In this document: one piece after another, positions 12,908 to 23,987 of the stretch | Layout of the letters: the number at the start of each line of letters is the position of its first letter | How positions within the stretch are numbered: position 1 is the stretch's first letter | Assembly (NCBI GenBank): GCA_046563655.1 | Contig: CM102289.1 | Coordinates: forward strand, 8,804,001-8,868,000 | DNA from: Yuukianura sp. NJ FZ-2021 | Taxonomy: Eukaryota | Direction of reading: 5' to 3' | Length of the DNA stretch: 64,000 bases | Program-made: the position numbers and the translations under genes | The notes under the pieces: model-generated | Told to the model about the DNA's origin: nothing | Database searches by the model: none | Seen by the model: the letters and a program-made list of their open reading frames with translations, nothing else

Positions 12908-13938
12908 CTCTCCAGCTGTTGTAATTTTCAACTGTTAGTTGAATTCAAAATTCAATTCACTGAGAATTTAGACTACAAGTTACCAGTAATCGTAAACGTT
13001 GAGACTTGGAAGCTCATCACTCAAGTGGCATATGCTATTTCAATGTAAGTTGTATAATGTTATTTCCTCCAGTAGTGAATCCAGAACCCTTCATAATGAA
13101 TTGAAGAAGTTCCTGGATTGTTCTCGAATCTCTGTTCGTGTTCCAAATCGCAATTCACTGAATACTTGATAAATTCAAAGACTCTCCATCTGGGAAAAGA
13201 AACAAATGATTAATTTAATGACTAATGACGTAACAGGAAACTTAAATAACTGAAAACAAATGACCTTACGTTTGATGTAACCACTTTAGTTGTTTACTAC
13301 ACTCAAAAATTCTTCAAATGAGATAAGGCAACTAAACGTAATAAGTTCTGGAAAAGTCATCATAGTCATAAAATCACCCTATACAAAAAATTTGGTCTGA
13401 CTAAAACACAAACTTGCAATACAAATTCACCCAAACAGGGAGGTGGGCAACAGTAAAATTAATTAAGCTTGGGTATTGCAAACACTAATCGGCATTGATA
13501 ATGACTTGTTGCTTATAAAAAAAATTAAAAATTATTAAGTAAATGAAACTACTTAACAAAGTGAAGCAACATCACTAACTAATTGCTAACTTAATTGCTA
13601 TTTGATTTCTTAATTTAAGTTTTTGCCCAACTAGGCATGGTGACAGTGGGTAGTGTGAACATTATATTTTGATGGACGAAACGAATGAGTAGTAAAATCA
13701 AATAACCCTGAATTCGAAATTGCCGCGTAATGTTTACAGTTTGGCGTCCTTTTGAAAAATACTTTCTTATAGCTACGAAATTCGAAATTGGTTTAAACTT
13801 CTGCGTAGAATCAAAACCTTATATTAAAGATTTTTTGAAAAAATAGTTTATTTTGAGCTAAATTTTTATCTTGTTGTAATTTTATAAAGTATAAAATGAC
13901 AAGTAGAGATCTCTGTTTATTTTTTCTAAAACAGCAAG

Positions 13939-14481
13939 TTATCTTCGTCCGTATCCTGACGAAGGAGGTGGTCCATATCCCCCTTGTAAACCTTGTTCTA
14001 CAAAGTTTGCCACCAAAATTCCTTGGTTGACCTTGCCAAGTTGAATGTTGCCACCTTTAGGTGGGCCATACGATGATTGTGGTGGGGCCCCATAAGATGA
14101 TGATGGTGGGGCACCATAAGACGATTGTGGTGGGGCACCGTAGGATGATGATGGTGGGGCACCGTAAGAACTGGAAGCTCCACTGTATCCACCTCCCTGT
14201 TGTTGCTCTTGTTGGTTCAAAATGGCCGTAATTCTGTCCAGAAGAGCTTGGTCAACGATGGCTCCAGGAATTTGGCCTTCGTTGCCCTGGTCTCCCCCAC
14301 CACCATAACCGCCACTGACTGGTGGCTCACAGGTCACTGCTGCCACGATGGCTAAAAGTATAATCTAAAAACCAAAACAGAAAAAAATTAAGCAAATTCT
14401 TCACATCAAGCTCAAAATTTCAGAATTTTGAATTAAATATGTGTTAAAAAAAAGAAATTTTGAACTTACGACTGTACGCAT
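13939..14481 (-). CDS. Secreted Gly/Pro/Tyr-rich YGAPP-repeat structural (cuticle/extracellular matrix-type) protein
   Basis: Exon 1 14481-14470 (MRTV) plus exon 2 14364-13939 gives the signal peptide MRTVIILLAIVAAVTC followed by EPPVSGGYGG. It has four SSYGAPP[S/Q] repeats and no R&R chitin-binding motif. Confidence 0.88.
14063..14172 (-). repeat. 27-bp coding tandem repeat encoding SSYGAPP[S/Q]
   Basis: Visible periodicity of GATGATGGTGGGGCACC-like units on the + strand. Confidence 0.8.
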
Positions 14482-14564
14482 GTTTAAGTCTGTGTTGAAA
14501 TTAGCTTTATTTTGCAAAAATTTAAATTTTGGCACACCAACGGCCAGCGATGTGGGTAATCTTG

Positions 14565-14602
14565 GACTGAACTAGGCTAGGTGTACTGATTCTGCTTTTA
14601 TA
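14565..14602 (-). promoter_or_regulatory. TATA box plus arthropod initiator of the YGAPP gene
   Basis: TATAAAA at 14602-14596 and TCAGTC at 14570-14565, about 85 nt upstream of the ATG. Confidence 0.6.
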
Positions 14603-15606
14603 GAGTACAGTTTTGTCATTGACCAATTTGGACGGACATGCACTTAATTGACTTGTAAGTGGCAACAATTCCCAGGCTTGCGCATGAGCAATCCGCAACA
14701 CTTTTGCTTCACCGATTGACGAATAATTGACAAAACTAAAAAATTACTTCAAATGACAACAACGTTAGTTCTGTAACAATGCGTTGCAAAAACTGTCAAC
14801 ATTTTAAACCGCCATGAAAATCAACTTCAGCCGACAAAAAACTTTGTTCGCAAAAGTTGCTCACGCAGTTTTTAAATGTTGCAAATTGCTTTGCGTATTT
14901 CCTAGTTTCCTATTGGTTAGATATAGCCATAAACTAATTGTACAGCGAGAGTGACAAGTCAAAACATCACAATGTCCATTTCGTGTTTACTTGCAGTTAA
15001 ATAGAATTGGGTTGATGGTCTCAATTGAAGTGAGTTACGAAAAGCAGAATTTAAATCAGGATGTATTTGGAAACAGCAAAAATTTTAACAAAGGGCTTCT
15101 CTAAAGTGCTGTGAAGGATAAAAATGTCTAAAATAATTGAAGTTTCCAAGGGTGTGAAACTAAAAAAATTTCATAAGAATTTACAAGGAGGGAGGAAAAA
15201 GAAGTTAATTGTAAATTGCAAATTGCTCTGTCATCGCCAAAATGGTGCAAAAAGAGAGACGTGAAAGATATAACTAAACCAGAAAATTGTGGGTTAGTTA
15301 CGCTATTCATTAAAATGCAAAAAATAAATTATTGATGAAATGCTGATCGATTTCAACACTCTACTCGTCAAGGCCGCAGTGTTGAAAATTGTGAACAACA
15401 AATTCAGTCAGGACCACACCAAATTGTCACGTCGTCAATTTACGACGTGATGGCTTTCACGTTATCACTACCACCTTCATACAGTATGTCAATATTAATG
15501 AAAACAATAACATGGAAATGGAGAAAATGGGGAGATAATGTTGTTGAAGTGTTGATGTTCAGAGAGAAATTTTGGTAGTTTCTGCGTCGTGTTGCGTTCT
15601 TGCGTT

Positions 15607-15613
15607 ATAAAAG
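15607..15613 (+). promoter_or_regulatory. TATA box of orphan gene copy A
   Basis: TATAAAA in a context conserved with copy B (TATAAAA..AAAAGTC..GGGTATTTGGCAC). Confidence 0.55.
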
Positions 15614-15810
15614 CAAAAGTCGCGGGTATTTGGCACAAGCATTCCACAAACAGAAAAATCGTGTTGCATTCTTGCATTCAGTTCTACTAATAACCGCGTT
15701 AGCCAACGTCAATTTCAACTTTTGTGACATTTTACAAAGTTGCATAGAATTCGAAAGTATCAAGGTTTTGAAATCTCCTTTACACAAATACTTCTCCGAA
15801 GCCTTCCTAA

Positions 15811-16217
15811 ATGATGGACTTTGAACTGGCAGGAGCCATGGGTCACGTGGTGAGTTTAGTTTAATTAATTTTTTAGATTTTTTGGAAAATTTTAAAAATG
15901 TTAAACAATTTGAAGTTATTTTGAATTGTTTTTAGGTGTGGCCTGCTGGATTGTTGAGAAACCAGAAGCAGGTTGTAAAGATCCTGCAGAAAACTGCTCC
16001 AGAACATACGCCTGTCCAACGGAACTCGCCGCCTTCCGAGTCCGAGTCACCTATTGCCAGTACTAGCCAGCAGCGTCAATCAGAAAGTGACCAAGGGGAG
16101 TACAGTGGCACTGAACATAGACTTTCAGTTAGTTCAGAAGGTCAGCGCTACTTGGCCCAAAACGGTGGAAAACGTCACAGTTCCCGGGACTCCTTCGCCA
16201 TTATGGCCTTCACTTAA
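15811..16217 (+). CDS. Small (~106 aa) Ser/Gln-rich orphan protein, tandem copy A
   Basis: Exon 1 15811-15849 (MMDFELAGAMGHV), a GTGAGT...TAG intron, and exon 2 15936-16217 (VWPAGLLRNQK...RHSSRDSFAIMAFT). Frame, intron and stop are conserved with copy B. Confidence 0.8.
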
Positions 16218-16961
16218 GAGGGCATCACAAAACGTTCACTTTGCCACCGGAAGTAGCACAGTGTCCACAAAGTTTAGTTTCCAAAGCCAGTTTTTTTTAT
16301 ATTTAATTTATTTTTTCAACTTTGACCTTTGATTTTATTAAAATTATTAAAGTTGATTAATCATTAAATTAAACAATAATAAATTAAAGTTGGTGTAAAA
16401 AAAATATAAATTGCGTTGATGATGTTTTTTTTTTAAACAATTGACATTTTGTTTACGCTAAAAATTTGATTTTTCGGAACACTAAAATTGGAGTACCGTG
16501 CCAGTTGTGAACATAATTTTTGATTAGTAGCTTAAAAAATTTTCAAGTCCAGAAAATTTTCGAACCACACAATGTTGATACTTCTACACATCAAAACATA
16601 TGCAAAAGTTGTTCAGCGCGCGATGAGAGATGTGAACAACTTTATAAAGTTGGTGACGAACGTATTGAACATTGTAGTTGAAGCATATTTAAAGTGAGCA
16701 TTCTGCACCTAATATTTAGGAATACCAAAAATTTCTTTTTGATCATTGTTGATATGCAGTTGACTAATCGCGTTAGTTTAAAATGTTGGTCAATTAAATT
16801 ACGACCTTAACGTTATTAATAGCCCGGTCATATCTTATGTCAATATTAATAAAAACAATAACATAGAAATGGAGGAAATAGGAAGATAATGATGATGAGT
16901 GTTGGCGTCTGAATTGCTAAATACAAAGGGAAATTTTTGTGGTTTCTGCGTTGTCTTGCCT

Positions 16962-16968
16962 TATAAAA
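16962..16968 (+). promoter_or_regulatory. TATA box of orphan gene copy B
   Basis: TATAAAA at the position homologous to copy A. Confidence 0.55.
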
Positions 16969-17158
16969 ACAAAAGTCGGGTATTTGGCACGAAGATTTCA
17001 CAAGCAGAAAAACCATCGTTGCATGTTGTACACCTCCAACTAACCGCATTGACGAACTTGGAAATCTACTTTTGACATTTTGCAAAATTGCACAAAATTT
17101 TGAAAGTCTAGTTTTTGAAATTTCCTGCATATAAATACATCTCCATAGTCTTCGTCTA

Positions 17159-17549
17159 ATGGACTTGGAACTGGCAGGAGCCATGGGCCATCCGGTGAGT
17201 TTGAAAATCTTTCAAAAATTTAAAGTGTTTAAACGATTGCGTGTGTTTCTAGATATGGCCTGCTGGATTGTTCCGAAAGAAGAAACAGGTTATGAAGGTC
17301 ACAGAGAATACGGCTCCGGAATCTACGCATGTTCAAATGACCTCGTCGTCTTCCGAATCCCAGTCACCAATTGCAAATGCTCCAGCGATTAACCAGCAGC
17401 GTCAATCAGAAAGTGACCAAGGACAAGGAACATACAATGGCACTGAGCACAGACTGTCCGTTAGTTCAGAAGGTCAGCAGTACTTGGCCCAAAATGGTGT
17501 GAAACGTCGTAGTTCCCGGGACTCCTTCGCCATTTTGGCATTCTCTTAA
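17159..17549 (+). CDS. Small (~110 aa) Ser/Gln-rich orphan protein, tandem copy B
   Basis: Exon 1 17159-17194 (MDLELAGAMGHP) and exon 2 17253-17549 (IWPAGLFRKKK...RRSSRDSFAILAFS). Indels relative to copy A preserve the frame. Confidence 0.8.
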
Positions 17550-17894
17550 AAGCGCGTGACAAAAAGTTAACTTTGATACCGAAACTTGTATAATGGCCAC
17601 AAAATTTACTTTCTAAATCCATTTCTTTTCTATTTAATTTATTATTTAACCTTTGACCTTTGACCTCTGACCACTGACTTTTAGAATTATTAAAGTCAAT
17701 TCAAAAATAATTTAATATTTGTTGATGCCCATATCTGTATTTGTTGAAAGCGGGCTGTGCGAGTGTGTTTTTGTGAAACCCGTCAGCTGGTTGTGTTTAT
17801 GTTTTCCAGTTTTTCTTGCGCACATTGAATTTATAGAGTAATCGATTAATCAAAGTGTTTTTAATTAACGAAACAGTCAACTAGTGAGTGCTAA

Positions 17895-18996
17895 ATGACG
17901 ATGATTAGGCTGACCAGATGCCCCAGTATACAAAAACGTTTAGTTGGATTCCTTCGACGTAGTGATACGCTAGTTTCGGCAAGGGAAAACCACCATTGTC
18001 GTCGGCAGTTCGTCTACCCGGGTAATTACTGTATTGGATGTGACAGCGAATCTCAAGCAGTTAGACAGTATTCTACAAGCAGGAGAGAGAACTTTGTGCG
18101 TGTCAAGTACGGTACCGGGATTAAAGTGTTAGGTCGATACGAATCATTGACGATTCGGTACCAGGACGTGACGCAGGTCACTAATTACTTTCGATTGTTT
18201 CATATGGGGAGATGTAAACGACTGACCGGTGAAAAGGGCTGACTCCCCCTAACATTAAATTAGGTTAGGTTTTGTAGGGGTTGGGTGGTCGGGTGGTCAA
18301 GCTAAAATCTATTTTTAGCCCACTAGTCAGCTTTTTTCTGTAGGTTAGGTTAGGAAAGTCAGCCCTTTTCACCGGTCAGTCGTTTACATGTCCCCTTTCA
18401 TATCGACCAAACCTTGCCCAATTCACAGCGAGTTCCTGTCCAACCTCCCACTCTCAATACCAGCGAAATCAGGTAACTTCAGTACGGCTCCATTCCTTCT
18501 CGGTAGTGAATTGATAATCCAATCTTTAATTGAGAATCTCTAGGTATTTTGCTTTTTCTTTTTAGTGCATCTGAATACGAGTACGCAGTAGAAGAAACCC
18601 TCGATTCCCTTACGGCTTACTTCGACGAGCTACTGGAATCTTCTTCCATAAAAGATGGAGATGTGATGTACAGTGTAAGTACTGTCGACATACACAAAGT
18701 ATCAAACTTACTTTAGTTCTAGTATGATCAATGTTTACATTGGACAGAGTGGAGTGTTAACTGTCAAGCTCGGGAAGTTTGGAACCTATGTCATAAACAA
18801 GCAAACTCCAAACAGACAAATCTGGTTTTCAAGTCCAACGAGCGGCCCCAAACGCTACGATTTTATAAAAGGAACGTGGATTTATAAGCATGATGGAGTA
18901 TCTTTACATAGTGTACTAAATACCGAAATTCCCAAAATCCTGGATGTGGCCAACATAGACTTCCGAAAATGTCGATTCGGAAAACCTTCTGAATAA
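17895..18996 (+). CDS. FXN: Frataxin, mitochondrial Fe-S cluster assembly factor
   Basis: Exons 17895-18176, 18429-18472, 18566-18674 and 18748-18996 join in frame. Arg-rich presequence, then [19 protein letters not shown] and the signature [38 protein letters not shown]. Confidence 0.96.
18206..18395. mobile_element. 190-bp MITE with 39-bp TIRs, an 8-bp TSD and internal TTAGG motifs (frataxin intron 1)
   Basis: TIR GGGGAGATGTAAACGACTGACCGGTGAAAAGGGCTGACT (18206-18244) matches 18357-18395 with 1 mismatch. TSD TTTCATAT at 18198-18205 and 18396-18403. Confidence 0.93.
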
Positions 18997-19027
18997 AGAT
19001 AAGTCCGAATTCCACAGTGCAGGCAAA

Positions 19028-22000
19028 ATGCTTGGCTCCAAAGTGAATAATTTGTTACTGGGTGAAAAGAACTTGGTTGATTTCGTGGACAAGAACTTAG
19101 GACAAGAGATGGAGAGACTACTTGGGAACGAATTGGAATTTGAGCAAGTTTGTCTTCATCTTCAAGGCGGATCTTCGTTCCTCGATTATCCTAAACTAAT
19201 TTCTCATGATTTTTGTGATATAACTTCAGCATTTGATATTTATATTCAAGCTTTTACTAGATCAGCTACATCCAAGATTCCTCAGAGATTCGGCACTGGA
19301 ATTATACACGATCAAGCGGATACCAAGAATGAACGAATGGCCAAAATGCCATTTAAAGGAAACGAACTCAGCGAACGACAATTTGTCAATGCCTTTTTTC
19401 AAGCATCGGTCAAAATTCGTACCCATTTGATCGATTGTGTACAAGAAGCGACTGTTTCTGGACGAGTGGATGTCATGTATTTGCTTACTTCAAACATCGC
19501 GATGATTCGGAATTACATTTGGTTGTTTCAACAAATCTTCACTCTGGAGTCGAAGTAAATTGCACTAAAATCTTGAATAATCAACATTTAACTACAATTT
19601 AACTTAACTTTTTTTGTGATTAGGGCTGCAGATAAGCTCAAAACAGAATACAGTGAATATGGCGAATTTCTGGAAAGCGTCAGCGATAGACTCATTCAGT
19701 GTCAGATGAATCTTCTTACTACTTACGTCATCCACGACGAGACGTCGCAGAGCTGGACGTCAACTCAACCGTACTATGAAGGCCTGCGCAGTTCGCCTAC
19801 AATTCAAATGTGGGCCTACTTTTTGAAAGGTTAGTTAATTCAAAAATTATGTTTTCAAAAAGTTGGAAGGAAGCTTACAGTTTGTTTGAAAAGGAACGAA
19901 GCAAGAGATGTGGAGGATCATGCCTCCTCGATTGGCGCAACGCATTCTTACCATGTTATTGAACAACTCTATGGGAATATTAGTCGGCAGATATTCACAG
20001 GTGACGAAATTTTGAAAAGTACTGATGTGCATAATTTTTTGAAAATGATGTTTTGATGTTTAGATTGACCCGTCAGAAGAAACGAAAATGCAGTTCTGTG
20101 TTGACATTTTGAACATTTTGGAAACCGCTTACGAACTTCTTTTTAGCATGTGCACTGATCGGGAGGAATTTTGCGGCGACATTGACCTGTCGACAAACAC
20201 TACAATTAGTTCGATCCACCTCAAGTGTGAGTGCTTGACCATAACATTGGTGCTAATTGGAGCTCCAATTGAAGTCCTTTATAAGGTAACGTTGACAAAA
20301 CGTAATGAAAACGATATTTCGGTGCGCGTTATACGCAAGTGCGAGGTATACGGCGATAAATAGGGCAAATGTTTTATTTCTAGACATTCAGGAGAGGCAT
20401 TTCATGCTGCCCTCTATTGGAGAAACAAGATATCAACGAGGAAATGCTGCAACCAATGTGGATGCAAATTTTGGCCACACTTTGCCCCAAGTACCATCCA
20501 AATCTGGATACAGAAAAATTTAAACTAGCCGTCAACTTCCGACTACTCTGTGGTCAACCGACTGTCAACTGGACATTGTTGTACAAGGTACGATGAACTA
20601 AAAATTTTTTAATATGTTGCCGCATTTGGCTACAGCTCCATTGCCAAAACGCCACAGGGAACGTCATAGCTCGATTGGTAGAGAGCATTTTCCGGATTGG
20701 GGACTTATGGGTTCTAGTCCCACTAGGTCCATTAATTTTTTACACTGTTATTCTTTGTCTCTCAAACCCATGTGATCTCTGAGCCTCCCAATATGATAAT
20801 TGTACTTTGAGTCTGAGTTACATTAATATTGAATGCTGTTTTTAGGTAATTGTTCTGAACAACTTCTACATCAGCAGTTTGATCTTCCAATTGTTCCCGA
20901 CAGTGGCCATTGCACCTTCGAATTTTCTTCTTGAAGCAAGTGGATTCAAAACATGCTTCAAGGCTGGATGCTTCAACTCCAAGTGCCATTCTCTGGACAA
21001 ATCCATTTCAAAGTACCACGTCCCTTCATCTCTGTTTTATATCCTGGCTCATACAATTCCCAGAAGAAAACTCGCTGCACTTTATCATGAGTTGCTGCCA
21101 CAAATTGACGACTGGACCGTTCTGGATCGAACCCAAATCTGGACTTGTACAAAACGTCCAATTTGGTTTCAAAGTCTGATTGATCTGCTACTTCCAATAT
21201 TGAAAACTTGCGTGCAAGAACTATGTTTCAGCTTAATTAGAAGAAGAGGGGATGAAGACACGACACAATTCGTTATCGGACTACTCAACTCCTGTAGCGA
21301 CATTCTATCAATCATACCTAGAGCCTTTTTTCTAATTTGTGAAGAAATGGATGACTTGATTCCACGGTCGATCTACCCCGTTCGAAATTCAGTTCCAGTT
21401 CACTTTTTAGTGACGACGTTGTACCAGCTTCTCAACTTGGGTCCAGGAATTGTCTCTTCGGTAGAACTGATTTTGAATAGCATTCCAGAACTGAGTGATA
21501 CTTATCCGAAGACGTCAGCATCTTCAGAGGAAGATGTCAAAGGCCTTTTGCCTATTTTGTCTTCTACTGCCGAGCGGCTCTGTCATTTGGATGATTGCAT
21601 ATTTGATCAAACGATACACCGCTTGACTTCACAAATTGAATCAATGTGAGTTTTTTTTTCTCAATTTTTATCAAAATCAGTGATTCATGGTATATTTTTT
21701 TCAGGATGAGACAAACACAGGCTGAATCTGAGAAGAAAGCTGTAGAAAAATCTGAATTCCTAGTGACAACGGACACAGCGACGTTGAAGATCAATTTCCT
21801 TTTGCAAGAAGATGAAGGTCAAATGTCTCTGTGGATTTTGTATTGGTTTCTTATAACAAACTCGGATGCTATCCAAGAGGCCATTCAGCGCTGTGGCACG
21901 ACGAATCAAGTTGGAAATGAGACCTCGGCAGCTACAACAGTCACGACTTCAGCGAATCGAACACAACCTCGAGCACATTCGTCAAAGGTGGCTCCAGCCC

Positions 22001-22414
22001 CACCAACCACGAGCCACCAAACCGAGAACAAAGTGATCCTCCCCACCGCGCCGACCATAAAAACGTTCTACAGGAGCCCAAGTACTTTACAAAGTTTTTT
22101 GTACGTGAATCAACGAAGAACGTTTGATGAGGTACGAAAGTCGTTTTTTAGTCACAATTTCTGTTTTGAAATGTGTTTTGGATGTTTAGGTGCTTTGGAA
22201 CTTCGATAAAGACTTGGACTGGGTTTCTACAATTCGGCAGTGCAAGATGGGACTCCACAAGCACTTGATCCTTCGTCAACTTCAGCGCAGGTCTGAATTT
22301 AATATGGGAAGCGAAATCGTTTCGGAAACGTCTGACGAGGTTTCGAGTGAGAAGGCTCTGCTGCTCCAGAAGATGGTTACAGAAATTACTGCGCTCTTGT
22401 CCGTCAGAAGTTGA
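19028..22414 (+). CDS. KIAA0825 / DUF4495-like uncharacterised conserved protein
   Basis: Exons ~19028-19554, 19624-19829, 19894-20000, 20064-20286, 20384-20587, 20846-21645, 21705-22131 and 22190-22414. The segment HDETSQSWTSTQPYYEGLRSSPTIQMWAYFLKGTKQEMWRIMPPRLAQRIL resembles KIAA0825 from recall; this was not searched. Confidence 0.75.
20658..20731 (+). pseudogene. tRNA-derived element (SINE head or tRNA pseudogene) in an intron of the KIAA0825-like gene
   Basis: A-box TAGCTCGATTGGTAGA (20667-20682), T-arm TGGGTTCTAGTCCCA with a B-box-like GGTTCTAGTCC (20710-20720), ending GGTCCA followed by a T-run. The anticodon arm is degenerate. Confidence 0.55.
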
Positions 22415-23987
22415 ATCAAGAATACTGGCAGATTTCGTTAGCATCTTTACGAATTTTGATGTCTTACAATGTTTTCCATGTTCTTGAAAGAATTTTTTGG
22501 ATTTTTAGTTAACAGGATATAAGCCCGTACCACGCAGACGCTTGCAGGATCTTTGAGACTGATGGATTCGTGGTTGTGGTCGTGTCATGTCAGTGTCCAC
22601 GATGACTTACTTCCTGAGGTTCACATGACATGCTTGACCTTCGATCTTCTGTTTAGACTCTGCATCTGATCATTCACATTTAATGATTGCGAACTTCGAA
22701 CTTTACTATGAGTACTAGTAGTAGGAGTTTGTTTTGACAGTAGTGAGAACGAGAAGCAGTAAAAATACAAAAAGAATGACGTTTGTGCTCGTTACAGTGC
22801 TATTCTGCGAAAAACCAGACGCTTAAAATTGTTAACATTGTAAAATCGTCAAACTCCGGGGAAAATCCTCTGTCAATTCAAGTTACGGAAAAGGAGGGTT
22901 GACGAAAACTATTAAATTGTATCATTTTTCAGTTTTCATTGTGTCAATTCCTGCAGTTAAAATTGACAGAATTCTTGTAATTTTTTGGCGCTAGGTTTTT
23001 GGTGAACTTCACTGTATGCGAGTATGATGTCAGAGTGAATTTCGTGGTAATAAATTTATTTTAAGCTGTTGCACTTGCAGGCTTTTTCTGTGATCACAAG
23101 AACAATACCAACCTGCCGATTTGCAAAACCAAATGACCTGTGCTGGTATTGCAAATTGCGAAATGAACGAAATAGCCTGGCGAATTCAAACTGGTTAAAA
23201 TACGAAATTTTTAAGTTACTAACCAAAGGATTATTAATTTCAATTTTTTTTCAGCTATTGAATTCAAGTTTTTTGGGATCTAAGAACAAAATAAAACGCC
23301 AAAACCACTGGTTTTGCAATTGTATTGCAGTATGGAGTTATTCGTCGCAGCGAAAATCAAACTCGAATGTAATGTTTTATCAAAACTAATGTCAAACTGT
23401 ATCCGTGATACTAAAAGTATATGTGATTTTGTTATTTTATAAGTACGGAATTTTCTGCAAAGCTTATAAAAATAGTTTTTCACCCAACTTTTTTAGTTTT
23501 TGAAAATATGTACATATTATAATTATAACTGGCGTTTCTACTCTATTAATACAACGGTAGTAATAAGTAGATCAGGAGATAACAAAAGTAAAAACGTAGA
23601 TTACTTGGACGTATAATTAATTATCTCAAAGTAAAAAAAACGAAATTCAAATTATTCATAGTTTCGTATTTTGTCGTTTTGCACTTTGTGCTAATCAGAC
23701 GAATCGGAACTGCCATTGCGGTAATTGAGACTACAAAACTCCGTCTCCTTTTCCTCCTGTGTCCTCCCCCTGTTATTTGTGAAATTGAATTGAAATCCAA
23801 CCATACGATGGGATAAGCACTACTGCTGCTACTTGCCTCACATCGACACACAACGACTTGCAGTCAGTTCAGTCTTCTACCTTCCAATTCCCTTTCCATT
23901 TTAGCAGGAGGTGAGGAATTAACCATACTCAATTCCTCCATTAGTTATTAAGTTTAAGTTAACTTTAACATTAGTGTAGTGTGAGAA

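Noticed and set aside
18177..18242. C-terminal part of ORF 17895..18242 as coding sequence
   Set aside because: It runs past the CAG|GT donor at 18176 into the intron and the MITE TIR.
18994..19030. Stop-codon readthrough fusion of frataxin to the downstream ORF
   Set aside because: The spacer is 31 nt, so the frames differ.
22543..22669. Identification as U3, RNase P/MRP, 7SL, SECIS or telomerase RNA
   Set aside because: The diagnostic motifs of each are absent by inspection, so it is kept only as an unclassified candidate structure.
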